This document shows positions 1 to 10,329 of a stretch of 64,000 nucleotides of DNA, in pieces. The notes under the pieces were generated by a model. It was given only the letters and a program-made list of their open reading frames with translations. It did not search any database and was not told the origin of the DNA. Positions within the stretch are counted from its first letter, which is position 1, and each line of letters starts with the position of its first letter. The stretch is from an uncultured Bacillales bacterium. GTDB taxonomy: Bacteria > Bacillota_I > Bacilli_A > RFN20 > CAG-449. The translations under genes were made by a program, and so were the position numbers. The DNA is taken from the NCBI GenBank assembly GCA_945873815.1, contig CAMCEE010000002.1, positions 103,781 through 167,780 on the forward strand. The letters run 5' to 3'.

Positions 1-2
1 TT

Positions 3-1436
3 GCTTTACAAGATCTCAAGAAAGGTGACGTTCAATTAGGCGTCACCATTTTAGAAGATATACCTTGTGGTCATAAGTTTTCACTTACGGATATCAAAGA
101 AAATGAAAATATTATTAAATATGGTTATCCAATTGGACACGCATTAACTGATATTAAAGCGGGTGAACATATTCACGTTAAGAATTTAAAGACAAATTTG
201 GGGGATGAACTTGAATATACATTTAAGCCAAATTATCGTGATGTTCCAAAATTTGATAAAGAAGTTAAAATTAATGTGTTTAAAAGAAAAGATGGTAGAG
301 TAGGAATTAGAAATTATCTCTATATTGTTCCTCTAGTTGGTTGCGTCAATTCACAAGCAGCTTCTATTAAGAAACAAGTTTTAGGTCGAGTAGACTCATC
401 AAAATTTGATGGCATTATCGTTTGTTCTCATCCATATGGTTGTTCACAAATGGGAGGGGATCATATTAATACCGTTAAAGAATTGCAAGCTATTGTGAAA
501 AATCCAAATGCAGGAGGAGTATTAGTACTTGCTTTAGGATGCGAAAATAACCAATTAGAACCATTTAAGGAATCTCTTGGTGAATATGATGAAGAGAGAG
601 TTAAATTCTTAAAAGCACAAGATGTTGAGGATGAAATTGAAGTCGGTACAGAAATGTGTATTGAACTATATAATAATCTTATTAAAGATAAGAGAGTACC
701 AGGATCTCTTTCTGATATTACAATCGGCTTAAAATGTGGTGGATCAGATGGATTCTCTGGAATATCTGCTAACCCATTAGTTGGTAGATTATCTGACTAT
801 ATTGTAGATAATGGTGGTTCGACAATTTTAACTGAAGTACCAGAAATGTTTGGCGCAGAACTCATTTTAATGGAAAGAGCAAAAGATGAAGCAACATTTA
901 ATAAAATTATTAAGTTAATTAATAATTTTAAAGGATACTATTCTTCACATAATCAAGTATGTTATGAGAACCCATCTCCAGGAAATAAAGCTGGAGGAAT
1001 TTCAACGCTTGAAGATAAAGCATTAGGTTGTACTCAAAAATCTGGCTTAGGAAAAGTAATGGATGTTTTATATTGTGGTGAACAAGTTAAGATTAAAGGT
1101 TTGAATTTACTAAATGGACCAGGAAATGATATGGTAGCTTGCACAAATCTTGCCGCATCTGGATGTCATTTAATTCTCTTTACTACTGGTAGAGGAACTC
1201 CATTTGGAACAATTGTCCCAACAATTAAAGTCGGAACAAATTCTAGAGTTTCAAAAACAAAAGCGAATTGGATTGATTTCAATGCGGGAAGAATTGTAGA
1301 TGGAGAAAACTATGATGAAGTTTTTTCTTCATTTATCGATTATATTGTTTCTGTTATTAATGGAGAAACAAAGACAAAGAATGAGATTAATGAATTCCAA
1401 GAGATTGCAATCTTTAAAGATGGCGTTACTTTATAG
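3..1436 (+). CDS. uxaA: Altronate dehydratase, UxaA-family hydro-lyase. It is 5'-partial: the N-terminal SAF domain starts upstream of the window.
   Basis: Frame 3 is open from base 3 and continues into the 198..1436 ORF. The N-terminal segment (ALQDLKKGDVQLGVTILEDIPCGHKF...GEHIHVKNL) looks like the SAF domain of UxaA/GarD dehydratases. The C-terminal domain is typical of altronate/galactarate dehydratases. The product fits the surrounding hexuronate pathway genes. Confidence 0.75.
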   Translation, partial: ALQDLKKGDVQLGVTILEDIPCGHKFSLTDIKENENIIKYGYPIGHALTDIKAGEHIHVKNLKTNLGDELEYTFKPNYRDVPKFDKEVKINVFKRKDGRVGIRNYLYIVPLVGCVNSQAASIKKQVLGRVDSSKFDGIIVCSHPYGCSQMGGDHINTVKELQAIVKNPNAGGVLVLALGCENNQLEPFKESLGEYDEERVKFLKAQDVEDEIEVGTEMCIELYNNLIKDKRVPGSLSDITIGLKCGGSDGFSGISANPLVGRLSDYIVDNGGSTILTEVPEMFGAELILMERAKDEATFNKIIKLINNFKGYYSSHNQVCYENPSPGNKAGGISTLEDKALGCTQKSGLGKVMDVLYCGEQVKIKGLNLLNGPGNDMVACTNLAASGCHLILFTTGRGTPFGTIVPTIKVGTNSRVSKTKANWIDFNAGRIVDGENYDEVFSSFIDYIVSVINGETKTKNEINEFQEIAIFKDGVTL

Positions 1437-1444
1437 GTAATTAT

Positions 1445-2290
1445 ATGAAAATTGGCATTAGAGCACATGATTTAGGTAAGGATACTGTAGAAAATCTTTT
1501 AGATAAAGCAGTTAGTAATGGATTTGAATATCTTCAATTAGTATTTAAAAAGGGTCTAATTGATGGAGAAGGAAATCCGATTCCATTCAATGAAGAGAAT
1601 GCTTTATTGGTTAAGAAAGAACTTGATAAAAGAAATATAAAAGTTGCAATGCTAGGCGCTTATTTTAATCCAGTTCATTCAAATAAGGAATTAGTAAAGA
1701 AAAACACTGAATATTTTGAAGAACATTTGAAGTATGCTAAATTATTAAAATGTGATTGTGTTGGGACAGAAACTGGATCTTACAATGATGATAAGTGGAC
1801 ATATAATCCGCGTAATCAAACTGAAGAAGGTTATCAAGATACGATGACTACATTTCGCCATTTAAGAGATGTTGCGGAAAAATATGAAACAACATTACTA
1901 ATGGAACCTGCTTGGGGACATGTTATCTATTCTGTTGACCAACTAAAAAGAGCAGTTGATGAACTTAATTCTCCATATGTAAAAGTAACAATCGATATTT
2001 TTAACCTAGTATACATTGGAAATTATGAAAACTACAAAGAAATATTCTTACATGCTTTAGAAACATTTAAGAATGATGTAAAGATTATTCACTTAAAAGA
2101 TTTCTATGTTGAAGATGGAAAAATAGTTCAATGTGGTTTAGGAAAGGGAATAATTGACTTTGAATATTTAATAAATGTAGTATACAAGTATGCTCCGGAT
2201 GCTACTTTAGTGTTCGAAGGGGTGACTGGTGAAGATATAAAACCTAGTCATGGATTAATAACAAAAATAGTGAAAATGTATAATAATTAA
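1445..2290 (+). CDS. Sugar phosphate isomerase/epimerase-like TIM-barrel protein (xylose isomerase-like fold)
   Basis: It is 281 aa, with an RBS-spaced start 8 nt after the uxaA stop. The N-terminus (MKIGIRAHDLG...) is typical of the AP-endonuclease 2 / xylose isomerase-like TIM barrel family. It sits in a hexuronate operon. Confidence 0.5.
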   Translation: MKIGIRAHDLGKDTVENLLDKAVSNGFEYLQLVFKKGLIDGEGNPIPFNEENALLVKKELDKRNIKVAMLGAYFNPVHSNKELVKKNTEYFEEHLKYAKLLKCDCVGTETGSYNDDKWTYNPRNQTEEGYQDTMTTFRHLRDVAEKYETTLLMEPAWGHVIYSVDQLKRAVDELNSPYVKVTIDIFNLVYIGNYENYKEIFLHALETFKNDVKIIHLKDFYVEDGKIVQCGLGKGIIDFEYLINVVYKYAPDATLVFEGVTGEDIKPSHGLITKIVKMYNN

Positions 2291-2293
2291 GAA

Positions 2294-2330
2294 TTCGCGC
2301 CATAGTGTGCGAGTTTTTATTTTTTATGAA
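2294..2330 (+). terminator. Rho-independent terminator after the uxaA operon
   Basis: Hairpin TCGCGC-cata-GTGCGA (6-bp stem with one G-U pair) followed by GTTTTTATTTTTT. Confidence 0.5.
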
Positions 2331-2358
2331 TGAATATGAATTAATAAAAAAACTAAAT

Positions 2359-2403
2359 GTTGTATACAACGTTGTTGACATCGCTTATTCTCTAGGTTAA
2401 AAT
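2359..2403 (+). promoter_or_regulatory. Perfect palindrome GTTGTATACAAC (2359..2370) directly upstream of the -35 element of a sigma-A-like promoter. The promoter is TTGACA at 2375..2380, a 17-nt spacer, then TAAAAT at 2398..2403. This is a putative GntR/FadR-type operator.
   Basis: Read directly from the sequence. The same 12-mer recurs at 16739..16750 in the eda-kdgK-kduI-kduD promoter. It resembles FadR/GntR-subfamily operators such as the B. subtilis GntR box CTTGTATACAAG. Confidence 0.45.
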
Positions 2404-2427
2404 ATTAATGATGTAAGAGGTTTCACG

Positions 2428-3213
2428 ATGACATTAAAAAGATATAGAACCATCGATATTATTATCTTCGGAATTATTGCAATTGTATTCGAACTAGTTA
2501 ATTATCTTGCTTCAACTTCATTTAAAGATTTTAAATTGGTATTTATGTCTTACACAATTGTTCTCACTATCATTGCGATGTATAGATGGGGGCTAAGGGG
2601 AATTGTTGTTTCTGCATTAGGCGCCTTAAGTTCATGCTTAATTGCTAAGGCTACGTGGAATCAATATCTTGCATACATCTTCGGAAATGTATTAGGAGTA
2701 TTCGTCGGATATATAATATTTCAATACAAAATCGGAAGAAATAAGCTTAAAGAAAAGAAGATACTCTTGATAGCATATCTACTTGTAGATTTTTCTCTTG
2801 TAATTCTTTTTAGAAGTTTAATCATTTCAATTGGAAGTGAAAATGGATTTCTAAATGAATTTATTACTTCTTTAAAAGGATTAATAATACAAGAATCAAT
2901 GAGTATTCTCATTTCATCAGTGATTCTATTAATTGCTTCAATTAAGAAATCTCAATTGATGGTTGAGATGATTGGATACATTAAAGATGTTCAAGATGAT
3001 AAGAAATTGGGTGGATTAAGAGAATTAAAGAGGAGCGAATTCTACAATCAAGATAAGCCGTTCACAGAACCAAGCGAATTTGATGAAAGTAATATTCTTG
3101 AAGGAGGAACGTTATCTCAAGAAGATTTAGATGAACTAGATGAAATGATGAAAAGAGAATTAGAGACTGGTGAAGATGGTCGAACCGAGGAGGAAAAAGA
3201 TGGAACAAATTAG
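2428..3213 (+). CDS. Polytopic membrane protein with acidic C-terminal tail (function unknown)
   Basis: 261 aa with several hydrophobic helices and an RBS-like GAGG upstream. It has a D/E-rich C-terminus and no recognisable motif. Confidence 0.4.
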   Translation: MTLKRYRTIDIIIFGIIAIVFELVNYLASTSFKDFKLVFMSYTIVLTIIAMYRWGLRGIVVSALGALSSCLIAKATWNQYLAYIFGNVLGVFVGYIIFQYKIGRNKLKEKKILLIAYLLVDFSLVILFRSLIISIGSENGFLNEFITSLKGLIIQESMSILISSVILLIASIKKSQLMVEMIGYIKDVQDDKKLGGLRELKRSEFYNQDKPFTEPSEFDESNILEGGTLSQEDLDELDEMMKRELETGEDGRTEEEKDGTN

Positions 3214-4219
3214 CGAAAAAGAAAAAGTCCAAGCGTATTATGAAAAATACCATTGGAAGATTACCTTTAAAAGAATGCTAAAGGATTGGCGTGTCTATTT
3301 AATGCTTATACCATTAATTTTCGTATTTGCATTATGGCGTTATCTACCAATGTATGGACTAACAATTGCTTTTAAACAATATGATACCGGTTTAGGTATA
3401 TTGGGTAGTAACTTTATCGGTTTAGCTGCTTTCAATGAATTAGTAAATGATGTATTGTTCTGGAAAGCATTTAGAAATACATTTATGCTTTCGTTCTATG
3501 GACTTATGTTTGGATTCCCTATGCCTATTATTCTTGCTTTATTATTTAGTGAAGTAAAGAATCAAACGTATAGAAGTATTTTACAAATCTGTTCTTATTT
3601 ACCAAAGTTTGTATCGTTAGTTGTCGTTACATCATTAGTTTCATTATTGTGTAGTGAAAGATTAGTCGATTTAGATGGTACAGTTGCTTATAATGGCGGT
3701 ATTATTACTAGAGTATTAACATCATTAAACATCATTGGACAAGATGCAAAATTAATGAAAGATCCACAATATTTTAGAGCAGTATATCAAGTTTCAGGTA
3801 TTTGGGAAGCTGCTGGTTATGGTTCTATTGTATATTTTGCGGCAATTCTTTCTATTTCACCAACGAATTATGAAGCTGCAAAAATGGATGGAGCAAATAA
3901 ATGGGCACAAATTAGATACGTTACATTCCCAGGTATTGCTTCGACATTAACAATTATGTTGATTCTTGAAATTGGTAAATTATTTACTGTAGGTTATGAG
4001 AAAGTATACTTACTTTACAATAAGACAAACTGGGAAACTTCAGATATCGTTGCAACTTACGTTATGAGAGCTGCTGGTATGGCTGCAGATGGAACTGAAT
4101 CAATCTTATCTAAAGCAATTGCATCCAGTGCTGACTTATTTAATGCACTTATTGCTATGTTACTCGTTATTGGATCAAATATGATTGCAAGAAGAGTATC
4201 TGATACATCGTTATATTAG
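3200..4219 (+). CDS. ABC transporter permease, LplB/MalF-type (polysaccharide/oligosaccharide uptake)
   Basis: EAA-loop signature EAAKMDGANKWAQIRYVTFPGI and 6 predicted TM helices. The start is moved to the ATG at 3200, which follows an AGGAGG RBS. The track start at 3170 overlaps the upstream gene. Confidence 0.8.
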   Translation: MEQISEKEKVQAYYEKYHWKITFKRMLKDWRVYLMLIPLIFVFALWRYLPMYGLTIAFKQYDTGLGILGSNFIGLAAFNELVNDVLFWKAFRNTFMLSFYGLMFGFPMPIILALLFSEVKNQTYRSILQICSYLPKFVSLVVVTSLVSLLCSERLVDLDGTVAYNGGIITRVLTSLNIIGQDAKLMKDPQYFRAVYQVSGIWEAAGYGSIVYFAAILSISPTNYEAAKMDGANKWAQIRYVTFPGIASTLTIMLILEIGKLFTVGYEKVYLLYNKTNWETSDIVATYVMRAAGMAADGTESILSKAIASSADLFNALIAMLLVIGSNMIARRVSDTSLY

Positions 4220-4229
4220 GAGGTAATTT

Positions 4230-5117
4230 ATGGTAAAGAGATTAGATGTTTCTGAATTGATTTTCAAAATTATCGCTTATACATTATTAACGATATTTGC
4301 GATTTTCTGTTTATACCCATTTGTATATGCGGTATCAAGTGCTATTTCTGGAGAAGAAGCAGTTGCAGCTGGTACAATTGTACTTTGGCCAATAGATCCG
4401 CAATTTAAAGCATTCGTTGAAGTATTCAAGTCTTCAACATTCTGGCTTTGTTACTCAAACACATTGTTCTTAACTGTTATTGGTACAATCTTTTCAATGT
4501 TTGTTTCTATATTTGGTGGATACGCATTGAGCAAAAGAAGAATTCCATTTAATAGAGCGTTGAACTTCTTATTAGTTTTTACAATGTGGTTTAGCGCAGG
4601 TTTATTTGCAACAAGATTTTTCTATGATAAATCAAATGAAGTATTTAAAGCTTTAGGTATCATTGACGAGAAATGGTTAGTCGTTATTGCAATGGGTATC
4701 AACGCTTATAATATCATCTTATTGAGAAATGGGTTCTCAGGTGTACCAAAGGAAATAGAAGAAGCAGCACTTGTTGATGGAGCTAATGAATTCCAAATTG
4801 CAACAAAGGTATATATTCCCATTTCTAAAGCAACAATTGCAACAGTTGCATTATTCTATGGTATATCAAGATGGAATGGTTACTTCTGGGCTTCTCAAGT
4901 AATTACGGATTATAACCAAAAACCATTACAAGTTTATATAAGAGATTTCTTGAATACGATTATGGCTCAAGATTCTAGACCGGTATATGATGGATTTGCT
5001 CAAGAATCATTATTCTATTGCATGATTGTTTCTGCAATTATCCCAATTATTATCATATATCCATTTATTCAAAAATACTTCGCAGCAGGTGTTAACCTTG
5101 GCGGAGTAAAAGAGTAA
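4230..5117 (+). CDS. ABC transporter permease, LplC/MalG-type
   Basis: EAA-loop EEAALVDGANEFQIATKVYIPISKATIATV and a polytopic membrane profile. It is adjacent to the partner permease. Confidence 0.8.
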   Translation: MVKRLDVSELIFKIIAYTLLTIFAIFCLYPFVYAVSSAISGEEAVAAGTIVLWPIDPQFKAFVEVFKSSTFWLCYSNTLFLTVIGTIFSMFVSIFGGYALSKRRIPFNRALNFLLVFTMWFSAGLFATRFFYDKSNEVFKALGIIDEKWLVVIAMGINAYNIILLRNGFSGVPKEIEEAALVDGANEFQIATKVYIPISKATIATVALFYGISRWNGYFWASQVITDYNQKPLQVYIRDFLNTIMAQDSRPVYDGFAQESLFYCMIVSAIIPIIIIYPFIQKYFAAGVNLGGVKE

Positions 5118-5193
5118 TCAATTATTAAGGTATTAATTGCCCTAGGCAAAAAATATAAAAAAAGAAATTTTTTAAGGAGGAGAAAAGATTAAT

Positions 5194-7362
5194 ATGAATA
5201 AAAAAATTCTTTTAAGCTCATTGTTATGTGTTGGTGTCCTCGCAAGTTGTGCTCCAACAACATCTGAAGGAACTACTTCAGAAAAACCTTCTTCTGCAAT
5301 TCAACATGCAGAATTATCTATCGCATTAAACTACGATGGAAACAACAATAGAATTACATATCAAGGTGATAAAACTTACACTACACCTAGTGGAAAAGAA
5401 ATTAAAAAGGGTGACTATAAACCAGTTTGGAGTGAAGTGCAAAAACTTATGGATGTTACTTTAACAGAAGTTGAAAAAGCATGTACTGGAAAAGCAGTAG
5501 AGTATTTCAAGAATAACTGGAAACAAAACCAATATGCTGATTTAGCTGCAGCAAACGTTACTGATATCAACACATTCTCAGTTGATGGAAACAAAGAAAC
5601 AATTCTTGACTTATCAAAATATTTTAATAAACTTCCAAACTTCAAAGCATTCTTAGATGCAAACCCAGCTGTTAAGATGTCAATTACATCTGCAAAACAT
5701 GGAGATGCAACAAAAGGTGCAATCTACTATTTCCCATATTTTGATGGAAATGATGATCTTGAAAAAATGACATTGGTTAGAGCAGACTATGTTAGAAAAT
5801 TATTTGCAACAGGTACTGAATTAGATACAAATGCTTCAATTCTTGGAACAAATGTTAAATATACTCCAACAGAAGCAGATACATCAGGAAATGCAAAAGC
5901 ATATAGCGTTGTTGTTCCAACTGCTTTAGGTAGTAAAACAACAAAGAAAATTACAAAGACTGCAACAAAAAATATTATCACAAGACAAAATGAATTAATT
6001 GCAGCAGGTACAGCTACATCAGCAGCATTAGTTGCACAATTCAAACAATATGTTACTGAAAGATATGGCACACAATTCGCTAAAGTTGAAGATTTATTCT
6101 TAGGTGTTGACTCATGCTATGATGCAGATGAAATGGTTGCGTTAATGAGAATTGTTAAAGCTTCACCAAAAGCATTAACTGGTGATGCAAATAAGAAAAT
6201 GGTTGCATTTGTTCCTCGTGAATATAACAACTCACGTATTGCAGATCTCTATAGATGGGCTGGTCAATTATGGGGCGTAAGAGGTGTTGAATCTCGTTCA
6301 GGATATTTATACATCAACTCACAAAATAAACTCGTTGATACTCGTGGATCAAACGAAATTGTCGAATTATTAGAAAACTTAAATAAGTTATATAGCGAAG
6401 GTTTAATCTTAGAGAATTTCCAAAACGAAAAATCAGTAGGTGTAAGTAATGGTAAATTCGCAGCAAGCTTAATTGTTGGTACAGGTAATGATTCTTACGC
6501 TGGATTTATGGAATATGACTATTCTCAAACTCAAGGTGTTTGGAATGATGATGCTGCTTCAAAAGCAGTTGAAGGATATGACTTTAGACCAATTCTTGGT
6601 AGTGTTGCAGATTGGGATGATGGGGATAATTCAACTTCATACTATCATTTCACAGAATCTTGGAGATCAGTAAAAACTCAAGGATTTATTATTAATGCAG
6701 CTCTTGAAAGTGATCCAGTAAAATTAGACGCAGCATTAAGATTATGCGATTACTTCTATTCTGCAGCTGGACAACAATTGAATTCATATGGTCCTGAAGC
6801 AGATGGATATACAAAAGGAACAATTGATTATCAAGGAAGAAAAGTAGCTAAATTTACAACTGAAGCATTAGCACAATTAAATGATAAAAATATTGGTAAA
6901 GGTAGCTATACAGGATATTTAAGAACATACGTTGGTGCAACATTACCAGTTGGTTATGTCAAAGAACAAGGTATGGAATACCAATGTACAAGTGCAAAAG
7001 CTATTGCTGGTTTAGATATTATTAATACAGCAATCTCAGCAGGAACATATAAACACATTACAGCTGCAGAAGTTACAAATCCATTTATGAAGGTGGTTCC
7101 TTCTACTTTCTTCTTAACACAAGGTCAAGCAACAATTGTTAAAGAAGCAGAAGCTGCTAATAAACTTGGATTAATTAACTCACAATCAAGTAAAGAAAAG
7201 TATAATATCTGGGATGACTTTGTAATGTATGGCTTTGGTAGCACAGTTACAGGTAAAGAAACAGATACAAAAGAAGCATACTTGAATAAGATTAATGTCG
7301 AATTTGGCTTAACTAATGTTGTAAAACAATATCAAGATGCTTACGATTTCATGAATGAATAA
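5194..7362 (+). CDS. Extracellular solute-binding lipoprotein of the ABC transporter (LplA-like, unusually large at 722 aa)
   Basis: Lipoprotein signal MNKKILLSSLLCVGVLASC with the Cys at the lipobox, and a strong RBS AAGGAGGAG upstream. Its position after two sugar permeases fits a family-1 SBP. Confidence 0.75.
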   Translation: MNKKILLSSLLCVGVLASCAPTTSEGTTSEKPSSAIQHAELSIALNYDGNNNRITYQGDKTYTTPSGKEIKKGDYKPVWSEVQKLMDVTLTEVEKACTGKAVEYFKNNWKQNQYADLAAANVTDINTFSVDGNKETILDLSKYFNKLPNFKAFLDANPAVKMSITSAKHGDATKGAIYYFPYFDGNDDLEKMTLVRADYVRKLFATGTELDTNASILGTNVKYTPTEADTSGNAKAYSVVVPTALGSKTTKKITKTATKNIITRQNELIAAGTATSAALVAQFKQYVTERYGTQFAKVEDLFLGVDSCYDADEMVALMRIVKASPKALTGDANKKMVAFVPREYNNSRIADLYRWAGQLWGVRGVESRSGYLYINSQNKLVDTRGSNEIVELLENLNKLYSEGLILENFQNEKSVGVSNGKFAASLIVGTGNDSYAGFMEYDYSQTQGVWNDDAASKAVEGYDFRPILGSVADWDDGDNSTSYYHFTESWRSVKTQGFIINAALESDPVKLDAALRLCDYFYSAAGQQLNSYGPEADGYTKGTIDYQGRKVAKFTTEALAQLNDKNIGKGSYTGYLRTYVGATLPVGYVKEQGMEYQCTSAKAIAGLDIINTAISAGTYKHITAAEVTNPFMKVVPSTFFLTQGQATIVKEAEAANKLGLINSQSSKEKYNIWDDFVMYGFGSTVTGKETDTKEAYLNKINVEFGLTNVVKQYQDAYDFMNE

Positions 7363-7386
7363 TTCAAACAATAACTAAATATTTAG

Positions 7387-7425
7387 ATTGTCATGGGGAT
7401 AACCTCATGACAATCTATCCTTAAT
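7387..7425 (+). terminator. Hairpin (possible terminator or attenuator) after the SBP gene
   Basis: ATTGTCATG-gggataacct-CATGACAAT (9-bp stem) followed by a T-rich tract. The T-run is weak. Confidence 0.35.
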
Positions 7426-7440
7426 TTTAGGAGGAAAATT

Positions 7441-8184
7441 ATGCATAAAGGTTTAAAACAAATTAATGTCGGGAGAATAATGCAAATTACTCAAAAGGTT
7501 GCGATTTTGACTTTATTCTTTTCTATGATATTTATGATTCTATATTCATTAATATTTATGACACCTTTTTATAATATTTATAAGTTAGATCAACCATTCT
7601 TATTTAAGAATATGACTCAATTTGGTGATTTAGCTGATAGATATAAAGAAACATATAAGGATGTCACTGAAGCATTTACGTTTAATTCTGTTACTGGAAA
7701 TATGAATGGTATAAGTCTTAAATATTTCACAGACTATACGAGAAAAGATGGTATTCAAGTTTATAACCACTGGTTATTCAATTTTGGTATTATCGGTTTA
7801 CTTGTATCGATTCTTCCTTTTGTTTTCTTTTCTCAAAAAAGAAAGAGATATTATGTTTCAAACTATATCGTAATTGGTATTTCATCAGTTTTTAATCTTT
7901 ATGTGGGACTTTCCATATTATTAAATGGATCAGTTTGGAGACAATATGTAGCAGGTCAAAACTTTGAAATAATTAATGCTTATACTTCGTATCTTAATGA
8001 ACAAACTTCAATTATTGAATACTATTCAATAGATAAGTTGACTTGGATCTTTGATTTAGGGGTTGTAGTTGGTGTTGTTATTATTGTTTCTGCAATATTT
8101 ACTGTTGCAATGGCAGTTTGCAAATTCTTATATCAAAGAAAAATGCCTAAAATTGATTTTAGTGAGGTGAAGATTAATGAATAA
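7441..8184 (+). CDS. Membrane protein, possibly YesL/DUF624-like, encoded inside the sugar ABC operon
   Basis: 247 aa with multiple TM helices and an RBS AGGAGG upstream. There is no catalytic motif. DUF624 membrane proteins commonly accompany lplABC-type transporters in Bacillus. Confidence 0.4.
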   Translation: MHKGLKQINVGRIMQITQKVAILTLFFSMIFMILYSLIFMTPFYNIYKLDQPFLFKNMTQFGDLADRYKETYKDVTEAFTFNSVTGNMNGISLKYFTDYTRKDGIQVYNHWLFNFGIIGLLVSILPFVFFSQKRKRYYVSNYIVIGISSVFNLYVGLSILLNGSVWRQYVAGQNFEIINAYTSYLNEQTSIIEYYSIDKLTWIFDLGVVVGVVIIVSAIFTVAMAVCKFLYQRKMPKIDFSEVKINE

Positions 8185-8662
8185 TTTTGAAAACGTCGAA
8201 AAGAAAGAAATCGAAACTGATATCATGAGATATAAGAATAATTCATTATCATTCTTATTATGCGTTATTGCAATCGTCTGTAATGTTGCAATGTTCCTCT
8301 CGTTATATAGTAATACAGCTTGTACTCCTAATTTTCAATTAGGTATTGATTTATTAGTTAATGTAATATTCTTATTATCATGCTTTTTAGCAGCTGAAAA
8401 ACTTAAGACATATAATGTTTCATGGTCGTATGTAGCGTTTGCAATTGCTGGAATTGAGATTTTAAGAATCTTTTGGATTCCAACTATGTATTTAAAGAGC
8501 GGTTTAGAAGATCCATTAAAAGGATTAAATGCAGGTCAATTTACATTCATTGTTATTATGATGGTAATTGCAGCAGTTTCCTTAGTTGGAGCTGGAATTA
8601 TTACATTGATTAAAGCAAAGAGATTAAATGCTCACTTAAAAAGAATAGAAGAAGGAAAGTAG
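8177..8662 (+). CDS. Small polytopic membrane protein (unknown)
   Basis: 161 aa with 4 predicted TM helices. It overlaps the upstream stop by 8 nt, which indicates translational coupling. Confidence 0.4.
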   Translation: MNNFENVEKKEIETDIMRYKNNSLSFLLCVIAIVCNVAMFLSLYSNTACTPNFQLGIDLLVNVIFLLSCFLAAEKLKTYNVSWSYVAFAIAGIEILRIFWIPTMYLKSGLEDPLKGLNAGQFTFIVIMMVIAAVSLVGAGIITLIKAKRLNAHLKRIEEGK

Positions 8663-8672
8663 GTGAAGAGTT

Positions 8673-9743
8673 ATGGCTACTTTAAAACTAGATCACGTTA
8701 AAAAAATTTATGATGGCGGAGTTGTTGCAGTCCATGACTTTGACATCGATATTAAAGATGGAGAATTCATTGTAATTGTTGGACCTTCTGGATGTGGCAA
8801 ATCAACTACTTTACGTATGATTGCAGGACTTGAAGAGATTACAGAAGGACATGCATATGTTGATGAAAAAGAAGTAACAAATCTTGCATCTAAAGATAGA
8901 GATATGGCAATGGTTTTCCAAAACTATGCCTTATATGCTCATATGACAATTTATCAAAATATGGCATTTTCATTAACTTTAAGAAAAACTGATAAGATTG
9001 AAATTCATAAAAAGGTTATGGCTGCGGCTGAAATCTTAAATTTGAAAGATCAATTAAATAAGAAGCCTAAACAATTATCTGGTGGACAAAGACAAAGAGT
9101 TGCCTTAGGAAGAGCTATTGTACGTACTCCAAAGATTTTCTTATTTGATGAACCATTATCTAATCTTGACGCTAAATTAAGAGTAACGATGAGAAGAGAA
9201 ATCAAATTATTACATCAAAGATTAAATGCAACTATGATTTATGTTACACACGATCAAATTGAAGCTCTAACATTAGCAGATCGAATTGTCGTTATGTCAA
9301 TGGGACATGTTCAACAAATTGGTTCGCCACTTGAAATCTATTCTGACCCAAATAACAAATTTGTTGCTTCATTCATTGGTAATCCTCCAATGAACTTTAT
9401 TGATGGGAAAATTATAAGCGATGGAAAGAAATTCGAATGTGATGATTTCTCATTTGAATTAGATGAAAAACGTAAAGCATTATTAAAGGATTACGTTGGA
9501 AAGAATGTTATTTTGGGCGTAAGACCAGAACATTTCCAAGAGGGTGGAGATATTGATGCTGTTGTTACAATGAGTGAACATATGGGAGCAAGTACATTAT
9601 TCCATTGCGATGTTCAAAATACTCATTTAAATGTCAAATTCGAAGGATGGATTGATCATGCAGATAATGAGATAATCAAACTATCACTTAAACAAGATTT
9701 AATATGTTTCTTTGATTCAGAAACAGAAAATAGAATTCGATAG
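8673..9743 (+). CDS. msmX: ABC transporter ATP-binding protein, MsmX/MalK/UgpC family
   Basis: Walker A GPSGCGKST, ABC signature LSGGQRQRVALGRA, Walker B IFLFDEPLSNLD and the H-loop VTHD. A C-terminal MalK-like regulatory domain is present. Confidence 0.85.
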   Translation: MATLKLDHVKKIYDGGVVAVHDFDIDIKDGEFIVIVGPSGCGKSTTLRMIAGLEEITEGHAYVDEKEVTNLASKDRDMAMVFQNYALYAHMTIYQNMAFSLTLRKTDKIEIHKKVMAAAEILNLKDQLNKKPKQLSGGQRQRVALGRAIVRTPKIFLFDEPLSNLDAKLRVTMRREIKLLHQRLNATMIYVTHDQIEALTLADRIVVMSMGHVQQIGSPLEIYSDPNNKFVASFIGNPPMNFIDGKIISDGKKFECDDFSFELDEKRKALLKDYVGKNVILGVRPEHFQEGGDIDAVVTMSEHMGASTLFHCDVQNTHLNVKFEGWIDHADNEIIKLSLKQDLICFFDSETENRIR

Positions 9744-9759
9744 GAGGAAAATTTAGGAT

Positions 9760-10329
9760 ATGACATTAAAAGATAAATTCCTATTTGGATTAAGAAAAAT
9801 TGCAATTTCAATTAAAAGAAATTATTATGTTATCCCATTGATCTTAGTTGTTGTTTGTGCTATCCAAATCATGTGTAGTTTATATATAATTTCTACCGCA
9901 TTAACCCGTGTTGATAGTGAAAAAATGGCCTCATTATTGGCTTTTGTAGTATGTTTGTTTACTACTTTATCTTGCGTAGCTTATTTAAATTACGCAATGG
10001 TAAAATATGGTCAAAAAAGACCAATTCATATGTTGATTATTTATTATGTATTAACTGCTATTTCTCTGACAGTATGTATATTAATATTCATATTTAACTA
10101 TAATCAATTATTAAGTGAAATTGCATCATTGAACGCGTCAACTCCTGGAACTGCAGAATACAGCAAATATTTAGAATTCGTTACTTCTGAACAAAAAACA
10201 CATGGGATATTCTTGACTCAAATTATTTTGGAAGTAATTTCTCTTATTGTAGTTTCTACTGCTCCTATTGTACAAAATAGATTGAAAAAAATTAAGTTCA
10301 AGAAAGTTGATATTAATGATGAAAAATAA
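9760..10329 (+). CDS. Membrane protein (unknown)
   Basis: 189 aa with 4 TM helices. It is tightly packed after msmX. Confidence 0.4.
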   Translation: MTLKDKFLFGLRKIAISIKRNYYVIPLILVVVCAIQIMCSLYIISTALTRVDSEKMASLLAFVVCLFTTLSCVAYLNYAMVKYGQKRPIHMLIIYYVLTAISLTVCILIFIFNYNQLLSEIASLNASTPGTAEYSKYLEFVTSEQKTHGIFLTQIILEVISLIVVSTAPIVQNRLKKIKFKKVDINDEK